Assembly: GCA_963931275.1 (NCBI GenBank)
Contig: OZ006992.1
Span: 63,810 to 127,809 of the forward strand
Direction of reading: 5' to 3'
DNA from: an uncultured Prevotella sp.
GTDB lineage: Bacteria; Bacteroidota; Bacteroidia; Bacteroidales; Bacteroidaceae
DNA: 64,000 nt
The position numbers were made by a program, and so were the translations under genes. Of this stretch, positions 1 to 9,796 are shown piece by piece (within the stretch, counting starts at the first letter, position 1; each line of letters starts with the position of its first letter). The notes below the pieces were generated by a model. It had not been told where the DNA came from, did not search any database, and saw nothing but the letters and a program-made list of their open reading frames with translations.

Positions 1-2696
1 TTGTACCACGCCAGCAGTGAGCGGTTGTATCCGCTCTGCAGCGTCGTCTTGTCGCTTTGTTCGGGGAACATCGAGGGCACGCTTGACAGTACCCAGGACG
101 TCGGCGTTGACACGTCGATGGTGCTTTTGGTGTTCTCAAAGTCGTCGATGTAAGAGGCGTTGTCTTGCACTCCGCTGGCCTGTCCGGCTATGAGCTGGGC
201 AAATTCGCCAGTGAAAGATATTTGCGAAGGTTGCGTGCAGTGCAGGAAAGGCAGCTTGTCGAGCAGGTTGGTCAGCCATTGGCTCTCGTGTTTCCAGTTG
301 ATGTTGAGCCCCCAGAGGGTGTTGTTCAGCGGCTCTGAACCCATTGCCACTTTTGACGTCAACGCCTGTTCCGACAGGTGTTGCAGCGTTCCGCTTATTT
401 GGAAGTTCTTAGAGAAGTCGTATTGCCAGTTCAGGCCGAGGAACGTCTTGCGCTCTTGGGCGTAGTCGGTGTTGCTTTCAAGCGACACGTTGACTGACGT
501 TCCGGCGTCGATGATGCTTTGGTTGAGTATTGTCACCTCGCCGGCGGAATAGTCAACGGTGTAGTCCGTCCCTTCGGTCAGCGTCACTCCGCCGGCCGTT
601 ACGACCACAGAACCTTGCGGCACGTTGTACGCGCCGAGCGAGATGACATTGGCCAGCGTTCCGCGGAACTGTCCGCTGATTTGGTATTTGTTTTTCTCGG
701 TTATCTGTTTGGCCACGGTCTTCGTGGAGTCATACAGCTCCGTGTAGCTGTATTTTTCCGCGATGGCGGGCGATATGCCCTTGCTTGTGAGGGCTTTGTA
801 CATGTTGTCGCCGAAAGGTTCGGCCTTCGGGAAGAACACGCGGCCGTTGTCAACCGTGTATCCGTCAACGTAGTCAAAGTAACCGTTGCTGTTCGGCTTG
901 TTGTTATTGTCCAGGCGGTCGGCTCCCAGCAGCTTGATTATGGTCATGTCCTTGACCTGCTGTTCCGGGATGTATGAGACGTATACGCCTGTCGTGTCGC
1001 TCTGGAACTTCACGTCAAGCCTGAACTTGTCTTTTTCAACGGATGAAGCCAGGTAGTACACGTTCTTCATCATCAAGTCCCAGTTGCCCTGTTGCGGGTT
1101 GTTGCTCGTGTTCTTGAGCGACTTTACGAACAAGGCTTGGTTGACGTCCTGTACGTCTGACGCGAACTCGCCTACCTGGTAGGTCACTCCGCCGTATGTG
1201 TATTCGTATGCCACGGCAAGCACCTGGTCGGTCTGCAGCGTGGTTTTCAGCGACACGTAGCCCAATGCCGGGTTCAAGGTGTATTCCGTGCTGTTGAGCA
1301 GGCGCGCGCTTTCAAGCTTCTCATAGTCAGTTCCGCCGGCGAATCCGGGCACGGCGTCAAGCACAGAGCTTGTCTGGTTGATGTCGCGCGCCGCCGCGTA
1401 GCTGTTCACCATCGTTGAGTATTCGCTGTTGGCGTTGTTGCTCGGCACGGGCTGTCCCGTAACTCCCCACATCGGGTTGCTTACCGACGTGTTCTCGCCG
1501 AGGTCTGTAAGTGCCACGATGTCACGCGAGTTGGTGGTATTACCGGTCTTGTTGGTCACCCAAATCTCCACTCGGTTGATTGTTATGCCGGTGGTGATGT
1601 TGGGCAGGTGCGACATGGCGTCGTCGTACCTGTCACGGAAATACTTTGACAGGAAGAAGTGGCGGTTCTCCTCGTAGTCGGTGACGTCAAACTCGAAAGG
1701 CGTGAGCTGCGTGCCGCCTTTTGACGATACGCTCTTCGTTGACGACTTCTTCTGTGATACGACGGCCTGCAGCGACAGTTTGCCGAACTGCAAGTCGGTG
1801 CGGATACCGAACAGCGACGTGGCTCCGTTGACAAGCGACGAGTTGCTGGGGAACGACACGTTGCCGCCCTCCACGAGCTTTATGATTTCGTCCTCCTTGC
1901 CCTCGTACTTCAGCTTCATGTTCTGCGAGTCGAAGTCGAATGTGGCGTCGGTGTTGTAGTTGAGGTTCATGTTCACCTTGTCGCCCACCTTTCCGTTGAC
2001 GCTCAGGTTGATTTTCTCGTCGAAGTCCATCGCCGTTGTCTTGCGGTTGCGTATCGGCAGCGACGGGTTGTCGATGTTTTTCAGGTTCACCCCGAACTTC
2101 AGCTCGGCCGTTCCCTGTGTCTTTATGCGCACGCCGCCGGGGCCGAAGATCTTTTCGGCCGGCCCGAGGTCGAAGTGCATGTCGGCGAACGAGAACTTGT
2201 CTTTGCCGCCTTGCTTGATCATCGTGTCGTTCTTCTCGCGGAAAAAGCGGTCAAACTCTTTCTTCTCGCTCCATTTCATGTATTCGTCCGGCGACATCAC
2301 GATGGGCGCAGACAGGTAGTTGTCGCCCATCTTCGAGCCTATGTAATACCTGTTGAGCGAGTCGTTGTACACCACTTCCTGCTTGATGTTGTCAGGCATG
2401 GTGAGGTCGGCGGGGTAGGTGTCGAGGTCTTTCTGTGTTATAGGGGTTATGCGTTGTATCTTCCAGCGCGGGTGCAGCAGCGAGTCGGGGATGGAGTCAT
2501 CCTCAAGCACGACCACGGGTTGCGCCTTCACCTGCATGGCCGAAGAGTCGCGCCGCGCCGTCGAGTCGTTGGCGGTGGTGCGGCGCGCGGCGTTCTGCCG
2601 TGTCCTGTCGCTCTGCTGGTAAGGCACGGTGAAAGCGTAGCTTGCCACGCTGATGGCAAACAACACAAACAAAAGCCCGTATATAGTTTTTCTCAT
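1..2696 (-). CDS. sprA: T9SS translocon / gliding-motility protein SprA, N-terminal ~898 codons (3' end runs off the window)
   Basis: Absent from the ORF track because the ORF is open at the window edge. My minus-strand translation from the ATG at 2696 gives MRKTIYGLLFVLFAISVASYA (signal peptide) ... MDFDEKINLSVNGKVGDKVNMNLNYNTDATFDFDSQNMKLKYEGKEDEIIKLVEGGNVSFPSNSSL ... LFGIRTDLQFGKLSLQAVVSQKKS, the conserved SprA N-terminal region. No stop down to base 1. Lies downstream of ruvA, a common Bacteroidetes arrangement. Confidence 0.85.
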   Translation of the reverse strand, partial: MRKTIYGLLFVLFAISVASYAFTVPYQQSDRTRQNAARRTTANDSTARRDSSAMQVKAQPVVVLEDDSIPDSLLHPRWKIQRITPITQKDLDTYPADLTMPDNIKQEVVYNDSLNRYYIGSKMGDNYLSAPIVMSPDEYMKWSEKKEFDRFFREKNDTMIKQGGKDKFSFADMHFDLGPAEKIFGPGGVRIKTQGTAELKFGVNLKNIDNPSLPIRNRKTTAMDFDEKINLSVNGKVGDKVNMNLNYNTDATFDFDSQNMKLKYEGKEDEIIKLVEGGNVSFPSNSSLVNGATSLFGIRTDLQFGKLSLQAVVSQKKSSTKSVSSKGGTQLTPFEFDVTDYEENRHFFLSKYFRDRYDDAMSHLPNITTGITINRVEIWVTNKTGNTTNSRDIVALTDLGENTSVSNPMWGVTGQPVPSNNANSEYSTMVNSYAAARDINQTSSVLDAVPGFAGGTDYEKLESARLLNSTEYTLNPALGYVSLKTTLQTDQVLAVAYEYTYGGVTYQVGEFASDVQDVNQALFVKSLKNTSNNPQQGNWDLMMKNVYYLASSVEKDKFRLDVKFQSDTTGVYVSYIPEQQVKDMTIIKLLGADRLDNNNKPNSNGYFDYVDGYTVDNGRVFFPKAEPFGDNMYKALTSKGISPAIAEKYSYTELYDSTKTVAKQITEKNKYQISGQFRGTLANVISLGAYNVPQGSVVVTAGGVTLTEGTDYTVDYSAGEVTILNQSIIDAGTSVNVSLESNTDYAQERKTFLGLNWQYDFSKNFQISGTLQHLSEQALTSKVAMGSEPLNNTLWGLNINWKHESQWLTNLLDKLPFLHCTQPSQISFTGEFAQLIAGQASGVQDNASYIDDFENTKSTIDVSTPTSWVLSSVPSMFPEQSDKTTLQSGYNRSLLAWY

Positions 2697-2805
2697 TCTA
2701 CGTTATTCAATAAGAAGTCAAGGGTCTGGATATGTCAAGTGAGTCAAAGCGGGGCTTTGGTGCTATGTGAACTTAATAACCGTGAAACCCCACAGTCCCT
2801 GAAAA

Positions 2806-3411
2806 CTACTTTATCTGCTTCAAGGCCAGCTTCACGACTTGTTCCACAGGCAGTGTGGGCTGCTCTTTCAGTATGGCTATGACCACTTTTGCCGACGGGG
2901 CTGGCGCGAAGCCGAGCATCGTTAGCGCGCCTACGGCTTCGTCTTTCACCTCCTTGTCCACCTGCACGGCCGGTTGCCCTGCCTGTTGCGACGCGTCGTC
3001 GGCGAAGCCAAATGCCGTTATCTTGTCTTTCAGGTCAACTATTATGCGCTGGGCCGTGCGCAGGCCGATGCCCTTCACGGTTTTCAAGACCTTCTCGTTG
3101 CCTGACGAGATTACGCCGCAAAGCTCGGCGGGTGTCATCTCAGAGAGTATCATGCGGGCTGTGTTCGCGCCCACTCCTGACACGGTTATCAGCAGCAGGA
3201 ACATCTCCCTTTCTTCTTTCGTGGCGAAACCGAACAGCGTGTAAGCGTCTTCGCGTATGTTCTCGTAGGCGTACAGGCGCACGTCCTTGTGTCCCTGTAT
3301 GGCCGAATAAGTGTTGAGTGTTATGTTGAGTCCGTAGCCGACGCCCGTCGTCTCAACCACGGCGTATGCCGGGGTAAGCTCAGCCAGTACGCCCTTTATG
3401 TATTCTATCAT
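2806..3411 (-). CDS. ruvA: Holliday junction branch migration protein RuvA
   Basis: [36 protein letters not shown]..., HhH region [18 protein letters not shown] and [18 protein letters not shown]. Start moved to the internal ATG at 3411 (the track ORF extends to 3462). Confidence 0.93.
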   Translation of the reverse strand: MIEYIKGVLAELTPAYAVVETTGVGYGLNITLNTYSAIQGHKDVRLYAYENIREDAYTLFGFATKEEREMFLLLITVSGVGANTARMILSEMTPAELCGVISSGNEKVLKTVKGIGLRTAQRIIVDLKDKITAFGFADDASQQAGQPAVQVDKEVKDEAVGALTMLGFAPAPSAKVVIAILKEQPTLPVEQVVKLALKQIK

Positions 3412-3549
3412 CGTTTGGGTGTTGCAATAATTTGTCTTAGATAAAACGAACGTCTGCGCCATTTATTGCACGAAGCGCATTTATTTAATGTAAATACGCG
3501 CCTTGCGCTCGGGTTGAATCAGCTTGTCGGCTATGTCGGGCTTGCCGCA

Positions 3550-3642
3550 GTGATTTGCGGAAGGCCGCAAATCGCCCTTCAAAAGGCGGCAAACCGCAAC
3601 GCAAAAGGGCATCTTTCGCACTGCGAAAGATGCCCTTTTGCT
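3550..3642. repeat. REP-like palindromic element (AAAGGC/GCCTTT family)
   Basis: Hairpins GATTTGCGGAAGGCCGCAAATC and AAAAGGGCATCTTTCGCACTGCGAAAGATGCCCTTTT. Same family as 27464-27543 and others. Confidence 0.7.
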
Positions 3643-3674
3643 ATGTGGTTGACTGTCAGTTATTTGTGACAGTG

Positions 3675-5084
3675 TTACCAGGTGATGCTCATTCCGAGGT
3701 TCAGGCTGGCGTTTGAGCTGAGCGGTATGAACTCTTTGCTGGTCTTTCCGAGCAGGTGGTCCATGCCGATGAAGAAGTTGTAGCCCTTCGGGTGGATGTT
3801 GAGAACCCATCCCATGCTTGCCGTGAAGCTGTTTACGGCGAAGTTTACGCCGCCGTCGAGCCAGTTCAGCGGCTTCCAGTTCGCGCTCAGGCGGCCTTCA
3901 GTCCATGTGTAAGCTCCCTTTATGCGGGTGCTGCTGAGCAGTCCGAAGGTGATTTTGCGGTACACGGGCAGGTTGTATTCAGCCCCGAAGTTGAGCGTCG
4001 CCCCTATGCCGGTGGTGCGTCCGCCCTTGTCGCCGTTGTCGCGCAGGTTGATGAAGTCGGTAATCTGGTCGCCGTAGTTGTCGGCCTGGTCGTCAAAGGA
4101 AACGCCCGTTCCGTCGTTGACCGAGATGTCATGGAAACCGTCGAAAACGAACTGGTCGGCGCGGTTCACGGCTTGTGCGTTGTCGCTCCAGCTTATGAAA
4201 CCGAGGTCGAGGACTGACGCGCTCACCCTCCAGTCTTCGTTTATCTGGTATACCGCGCCGAGGTCGATGGCCATACCGAAGCCGCCAAGGCCGAAGCCGT
4301 CGATGTCGATGTCGTTGACCTTCTCGTATTCGCCCTTGTTCGGGTCGTTGTATTCGTCTGTTTCGCTCAGGTATTTGAAGCCTTTCACCGACACGTCGGC
4401 CGTGGCCTTGCCTGATACAGTCCACTTGTCGTTTGCCGCCAGGTCAGCCTTCATGTCCTGAAGTTTCAGGTCTGCGCGGCCGAGGCCGAACAGCAGCTTC
4501 AGCTTCGCGCCTACGCGCAGCTTCTCGTTGATTTGGCGCGAATGGCCGAAAGCCAGTTCTGCGTATGACATCGCGTGGGCGTTGATGTCGCCGATGTTGT
4601 ATGTCTTGTTGCCCGTGTTCTTGGCAAACTCAAACATTTCGTATGGCAGCGACATGCCGAAAGATGTCTTCGAGCTTATCTCTATGGTGTTGTATCCGCC
4701 GAAAGCCTTGAAGCCTCCTGACAGGATTGTTATGCCAACGTCGCCCACAATGCGGTTGTTGCCCTTGCTGAAGCCGTCAAGCGCGGTGCCGGCTGATATG
4801 TAAGGGTTCAGGAAGGTGGTCATCTTCTTGTCACTGCTGTTCGGGTACATCGGGTTGTCAAGCACCACGTCCTGGTATCCGAAGTTGCCGTGCAGGTTGA
4901 CGTTGATGTTGCCTAAGGCTGGTATTGACACGTAGTTCTGTTCGTTTCCGAAAGCCGGGTTCATGTCATGGCGGAACTTGTATTCGTCAGTGAAGTACGC
5001 CGAGTTGAGCCCTTGGGCCATGGCTCCGCCCGCAACGGCAAGCATGAGGGCGGCGGCTGAAAGTCTTATATGTGTAAGTTTCAT
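3675..5084 (-). CDS. outer-membrane beta-barrel protein, family not securely identified
   Basis: Signal peptide MKLTHIRLSAAALMLAVAGGAMAQG. N-terminal YFTDEYKFRHDMNPAFG motif, reminiscent of PorP/SprF- or FadL-like barrels. Alternating beta-strand pattern and C-terminal ...LGMSITW aromatic end. Confidence 0.7.
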   Translation of the reverse strand: MKLTHIRLSAAALMLAVAGGAMAQGLNSAYFTDEYKFRHDMNPAFGNEQNYVSIPALGNINVNLHGNFGYQDVVLDNPMYPNSSDKKMTTFLNPYISAGTALDGFSKGNNRIVGDVGITILSGGFKAFGGYNTIEISSKTSFGMSLPYEMFEFAKNTGNKTYNIGDINAHAMSYAELAFGHSRQINEKLRVGAKLKLLFGLGRADLKLQDMKADLAANDKWTVSGKATADVSVKGFKYLSETDEYNDPNKGEYEKVNDIDIDGFGLGGFGMAIDLGAVYQINEDWRVSASVLDLGFISWSDNAQAVNRADQFVFDGFHDISVNDGTGVSFDDQADNYGDQITDFINLRDNGDKGGRTTGIGATLNFGAEYNLPVYRKITFGLLSSTRIKGAYTWTEGRLSANWKPLNWLDGGVNFAVNSFTASMGWVLNIHPKGYNFFIGMDHLLGKTSKEFIPLSSNASLNLGMSITW

Positions 5085-5104
5085 TGTCTTCTTTGGTTTT
5101 ATGG

Positions 5105-6886
5105 TTAGTTAAAGTCGCCTATTATCTTGCCAACAAGCTTCACGGTGATGTCGCGTGCAATGAGGAAATGCTTGCGGGCGTTGAGCGTCTGGCCTGTAAC
5201 GGGGTTTTTGCCTCCCTCTGAAGATTGTGCGGCGGCGGCCACGCGGAATGTCAGTCCGTCAAGACGCTTGAATGCTCCTTGCGTACCTTCGGTCACGACT
5301 ACGGCGAGAGGAGTTTCTGCCGACTGGCCTTCTTTTGCTGACGCGAGGACCTCTGTGCTTACTTCAACCTTGATTTCGTCGTTGCTCATCTCGTTGCCGT
5401 TGGCGTCGATTGCTTTCACTTCGAGGTTGAGGTATGCCGGAACGCGGTTTTCAATTGTTGTGTTGAACTCAATCTTTGCTCCCTCTGACAGGTCGAAGTC
5501 CTTGATGTCGTCGTTCCATCCGTCAAGTGTGTCCTTGTAAACTATCTTCGCGTTCTCGGCGAAAGTTATCGGGGCTTCGAACGAGTAGGCAGGTTTCACC
5601 TCGTATTTTTTGCCGAACTCGAAGTAGCTTTCAGTTGACTGGTCGGCGCGTGCGCTTGCGGTGAACGTTATCTGGTCGGGAACTTTTTTGATAAGTTCAG
5701 ACAAGTCGTCAACCTGCATCGACACGTCGCCTTCTCCCAGGTTAAGAGCTTCGGGATGGCGGCAGATGTACACGTTGGTCATACGTGGCTGTCCTGACAC
5801 AGTTGAGCAGTTGATGGGGATGTTCTTGAGTTCAATCGACTTTATTACGTCACCGTCTTTATATGATGTCACCGTACCGTCGATTATGCCGTTTACGGCC
5901 ATGTCGTTTGACACAGACAGCTTTATAATCGGGTTGTAAAGGTCGATGTAAACCTCGTTGTCGTCCAAGAAGTCGGGCACTCCTGTCACGTCAACCGTTC
6001 CGAGGTCGTTGAGCGTGATTTCCGGGGCGAACACTCCGCGGGCGTTGTTTATCACGATGTCGCCCATGTCAAGCGTGCTTCGTATGCGTTTGCCGTCAAC
6101 ATTGGCGGCGGCAGAGCTGTTGATGTCGGCCGTTACGTCAACTTTGATTTGGCCTGTCATGTTGATTTTGTAAGCGGCATCGTCAAGCGTTATGCTGCCG
6201 AGCGACTTGTCTTCGGCCTTTATGTTGAAACCTGTTACGTTGGCGTTCACTGTGAGCGTTCTGTTGGTGGGCACGTTGGTGAACACCAGGCGTGAACCGT
6301 CAACTGTGTATGCGCTTGACGAGCTGATGCCGCCGAGCTGCATGTACGCCGGCAGGGTTATGCTCAGTTGCTTTATGCTGCTGCATGCCGAGCCAAGTTC
6401 TTGCGGAAAGGTCACGTTTAGGTTGATGTTCCCGCTTGTGCCTACGGTTGACAGGCTCTTCACTTCCTCGGGTTTGTCGCCTGAATACTTGAATGATTGC
6501 GCATTGCCTGATGCCGACACGGTGTATCCTCCGGCTGCGGGAACTACGTGCAACACGATTTCGCCCTCCTCGGGAGCTTCTGTCTTTGATACTGTTATCT
6601 TGTCAATCTGAGGATAAACAGGGTCTACGTTCTCGCCTTCCTGCTTGAAAACGTAGTCGCCGTTAGGCTCTTCGACAACGCAGTCTGAATTTTCGAGTTC
6701 CAGAACGTCGGCCAGCTTGATGGTGTCGGTTGAGTTGACGGGCAGCGTGAGGCCGTCGCCGCCAATCCCCACGGTGGCGTCTATGTTGTTGAAGTCATAG
6801 TCGCTGTCCGTACAACCCGTCAATGCGATTGCTCCGGCCATGGCAACGCAGGGCAGGAGAATTGTCTTAAAACGATTGTAATTCAT
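5105..6886 (-). CDS. large surface lipoprotein, unknown function
   Basis: Lipobox AIALTGC|TDSDYD. 593 aa, Thr/Asn/Val-rich beta-type sequence. 20 nt upstream of the OMP gene on the same strand. Confidence 0.7.
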   Translation of the reverse strand: MNYNRFKTILLPCVAMAGAIALTGCTDSDYDFNNIDATVGIGGDGLTLPVNSTDTIKLADVLELENSDCVVEEPNGDYVFKQEGENVDPVYPQIDKITVSKTEAPEEGEIVLHVVPAAGGYTVSASGNAQSFKYSGDKPEEVKSLSTVGTSGNINLNVTFPQELGSACSSIKQLSITLPAYMQLGGISSSSAYTVDGSRLVFTNVPTNRTLTVNANVTGFNIKAEDKSLGSITLDDAAYKINMTGQIKVDVTADINSSAAANVDGKRIRSTLDMGDIVINNARGVFAPEITLNDLGTVDVTGVPDFLDDNEVYIDLYNPIIKLSVSNDMAVNGIIDGTVTSYKDGDVIKSIELKNIPINCSTVSGQPRMTNVYICRHPEALNLGEGDVSMQVDDLSELIKKVPDQITFTASARADQSTESYFEFGKKYEVKPAYSFEAPITFAENAKIVYKDTLDGWNDDIKDFDLSEGAKIEFNTTIENRVPAYLNLEVKAIDANGNEMSNDEIKVEVSTEVLASAKEGQSAETPLAVVVTEGTQGAFKRLDGLTFRVAAAAQSSEGGKNPVTGQTLNARKHFLIARDITVKLVGKIIGDFN

Positions 6887-7174
6887 TGTGTTAGTTGTAA
6901 TAAAATTATATAATCGGGTTATTTGATTTCTTTATCTTGTTTTGTATTTTGCGGTAATTCCTTTCATGGCGGATGTGCCGCTGCGCAATCAATTCAGGTG
7001 TTTATGTTGGTGAACGTCAAGTTTTAAATTTCCGCAAAAATACAAAAAACCTTTAATTTTGTGGTCTTAAATGACTTAAAATATGTTAAATTAACTACTT
7101 TGTAGTAAAAAACGTGCAAAAATAAACAACGAGTGTAAACAACGCAGATACACTCGTTGGTTGTTCATAATATA

Positions 7175-7210
7175 TGCGCAACTGGTAGGAACATAAGTGC
7201 CAGTTGCGCA
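7175..7210 (-). terminator. stem-loop downstream of the 7231-8334 lipoprotein gene
   Basis: TGCGCAACTGG (7175-7185) pairs with CCAGTTGCGCA (7200-7210), 21 nt after the stop. A second hairpin AACAACGAGTGT/ACACTCGTTGGTT lies at ~7124-7166. Confidence 0.45.
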
Positions 7211-7230
7211 TGTAAGTGGTGTTTTTGTCT

Positions 7231-8334
7231 TTATTCGCTTTTTTGTGTACCGTAAAGGTTGCTGCACCAGTCGCCGTATTGCAGTGTTACGGTGAATGTC
7301 CTGTCTTTCCCTGTAGTGTTCGGCTCAACAGTTACATAAAGGAATTCGTCCTCGCGCTTTACGGTCAGCCATCCTGTCGTCTTGTTGAAAGAGTGTTCGT
7401 AAGCGCAAGCCATGCGTTCCTCGTAGCTTGCGGGGTGAATGTCGCCGTCGATGTCTATTTCTACTATGCTCCAGTCTTGCTCCCCGCCCGTGGCGAAACG
7501 TTGTGTGCCGCCCTCGGCTGTGAATGTCGCGCTGTCAGCCGAAAGCTTGATTTGGTCAGGCCATTGGCCTATTTTTATCATGTTTTGCTTGCCGGCTATG
7601 GTGTCCGTGTAGTATTCAGTTTCAACTGTTATGCTGAAAGTCCTTGCTTTCCCTGGGTTGGGCTTTGCGGCCAATGTCATCTTGTGGCTCTCGCATTTCA
7701 CGGTCAGCCAGTCGCATTCTTTCTCGAAATTCCCTGTGTTCAGCAGCGTTTCTTTTTCTTCTTTTGTCATCGAGTAGCGGGTTTCGCCATTCAGGGCTAT
7801 GCTGCCAATCCACCATTGCTTGCCTTTGGTGCTTATGTTGATGGTGTCGGCAAAGCCGTCAAGCGTCACGTTGTTGAATGACAGGCCTATGGCTTCGTCC
7901 AATGTCAGGGCGTTTTGGCTGCCTGTAACCGTGACGGTGTCGCTTTGGCTGGCCAAAATGATGTTGAACCTGCGCTCCGGTCCGTTGTTCGCTGTCGCCG
8001 TGAGCTGTATGTTCCCATCGGCGTATGATACGGTCAGCCATTTGAACGAGCCTTCGTATCGCCCGTTCTCGGCCGTCAGTTTTTTCTCGTTCTCGCCCAT
8101 GGCGGCTGTTTCGTCGTCAACCGTCACGCTTTCAATCCACCAACCTTTGCTGTCTGTATGTATCACAGTGGTGTCGGGCTTTGACGTGAATGTTATCGTT
8201 GAGTCAGACAATGCTATGCCTGTCGCAATGCCCGTATCCCCGGGAACTGTCCCTCCCGGCTGCGTGATGTCGTTGTCGTCTGAACATGAAAACAGGCACA
8301 TCGCGATGATTGGTAAAATAAACAAGTTCTTCAT
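7231..8334 (-). CDS. lipoprotein with three ~100-aa tandem BACON-like repeats
   Basis: Lipobox CLFSC|SDDND. Three repeats each contain ..LS....TF..., (W)WI.S[VI]..[DN]GE, WLTV and N.G..R.F.I.[VL]. Confidence 0.75.
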   Translation of the reverse strand: MKNLFILPIIAMCLFSCSDDNDITQPGGTVPGDTGIATGIALSDSTITFTSKPDTTVIHTDSKGWWIESVTVDDETAAMGENEKKLTAENGRYEGSFKWLTVSYADGNIQLTATANNGPERRFNIILASQSDTVTVTGSQNALTLDEAIGLSFNNVTLDGFADTINISTKGKQWWIGSIALNGETRYSMTKEEKETLLNTGNFEKECDWLTVKCESHKMTLAAKPNPGKARTFSITVETEYYTDTIAGKQNMIKIGQWPDQIKLSADSATFTAEGGTQRFATGGEQDWSIVEIDIDGDIHPASYEERMACAYEHSFNKTTGWLTVKREDEFLYVTVEPNTTGKDRTFTVTLQYGDWCSNLYGTQKSE

Positions 8335-8611
8335 ATTTTGTTACTTTAGTGTTATGCGTGTATTGTTGTTTTATCTACCTACGGCAAAATAATTCAAGTC
8401 TCTCCATTTATAATCTTTTACAGAAATGCTTTGTGTGAATAGGTCACAAGAGAAGTATGAATAAGACCAACCCGATAATGGCGTAAAAAGCCTTTCATGA
8501 CTATTTTGTTTTATGGTTTAGGCTTTTGACAAAAATACATAAATTAAGTGCATGTGTCAAGCTTTGTTTGTTATATCTTGTTAAAACGGATGTTTATGGA
8601 TATAAATTCAA

Positions 8612-8619
8612 TATATTTG
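8612..8619 (+). promoter_or_regulatory. Bacteroidetes -7 box TATATTTG
   Basis: TAnnTTTG motif 35 nt upstream of the ATG at 8654. Confidence 0.5.
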
Positions 8620-8653
8620 CAACAACGGTAAGTTAATAAGTCGAAAGTGAAAA

Positions 8654-9226
8654 ATGAAGACATTTGGATTTCCTGAAGGCGAGGCCCGCCAGTCATGGCG
8701 GGCCGGCGACACAGAAAGCGAGGCTTTGTATGCGGAGCTTCGCGGAGGCAAGTATTCTGATTACCCTTTCAACACGCACGACCTCGGTGAGGGCATGGCC
8801 ATGGTCGAGGAGGTGATATGCGGCTACTGGAAGCCTCGTTATCTCGTAGACAACGAGGCGGGGCGTGCCTTCGAGTTCATGGATAGCGGCGAACACTTGG
8901 CCACCGTGGGGCTTGGCGACATAGAGTGGGGCACGCTGGAGGGGCTGCCTGGCGAGGTATTGGAACGCGCACGGCGGTTGTCGGCGCATTTCCCCACGAT
9001 GGTCAGCAGGTTTGAACACGGCGTGGCCGAGGTCAGTTGGACGTTGAACCCTGACGGCATGTATTACATGGACGACGACGGTTACGGCATGACTGACGAC
9101 GAGGAGGTGAAAGTTTACGGATATATTGACAGGGGCGGGCGCGTGTCGGCCAAGTTCCGCATGATAAACGACTACTCCGAGCTGAAAGCGATGAGGGCTG
9201 AAGCTGAGGCCAAGGCCGCAAGGTGA
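8654..9226 (+). CDS. hypothetical acidic cytoplasmic protein
   Basis: 190-aa ORF with coding-like composition and its own -7 box. No family recognised. Confidence 0.6.
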   Translation: MKTFGFPEGEARQSWRAGDTESEALYAELRGGKYSDYPFNTHDLGEGMAMVEEVICGYWKPRYLVDNEAGRAFEFMDSGEHLATVGLGDIEWGTLEGLPGEVLERARRLSAHFPTMVSRFEHGVAEVSWTLNPDGMYYMDDDGYGMTDDEEVKVYGYIDRGGRVSAKFRMINDYSELKAMRAEAEAKAAR

Positions 9227-9333
9227 GGCTTTGCGCCGTGGCCGTAAGCGCAATGCCTGCAGATAGCTTTAATTGCATGTAACACGTTGCCTGTCAGTTA
9301 TTTGCGTCCGCTTGCGCATGGCTCGCGGTCGGG

Positions 9334-9430
9334 CGTTTTGCGGTTTGCCGCCTTTTAGCTTGTAAAAGGCGGCAAACCGCAAGGCAATACATGGCCTTTC
9401 AGGCGGCGTTTTGCCGTCTTTTGCAAAGCG
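9334..9430. repeat. REP-like palindromic element
   Basis: TTTGCGGTTTGCCGCCTTTTAGCTTGTAAAAGGCGGCAAACCGCAA, then GGCCTTTCAGGCGGCGTTTTGCCGTCTTTTGCAAAG. Confidence 0.7.
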
Positions 9431-9699
9431 TGCGCTGGCGTGGCCTTTTTCAGGTTGCGGTCGGGCGTGTGCCGTGCGGCTGTCATATATATAATAAGAT
9501 GTTGCAAATCGTAACTTTCTTTTTGCGCCGTAAAGGTGGTTTTGCGTGCTTTTTATGAAGCGTCAGTGCCCGTATGCGCATGGTGCCGACGGTCTTTGGG
9601 TTCCTTAGTGTCAATATATGGAAGAGCGACAGTTATGTTCTTTTTTTCTAAAAAACGAATTATTATCACGATTTTATTTTGAAGTTTCCCGTACATGTA

Positions 9700-9707
9700 C
9701 TATATTT
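9700..9707 (+). promoter_or_regulatory. Bacteroidetes -7 box TATATTTG (ptb-buk)
   Basis: TAnnTTTG ~90 nt upstream of the ptb ATG. Confidence 0.45.
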
Positions 9708-9796
9708 GCACAAAAAGACGGAAAGTGTGCGGTTTTTGGTCTGCCATCAGTCATTTTGCCGTTGGTTTTCGCCTTTTCACTTAAATCTTATTAACC

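Noticed and set aside
160-2882. Plus-strand track ORFs (160-465, 519-977, 1960-2319, 2175-2882 and others)
   Set aside because: All lie antisense to the continuous minus-strand SprA reading frame (1-2696), which has strong family similarity. The plus-strand peptides are low-complexity.
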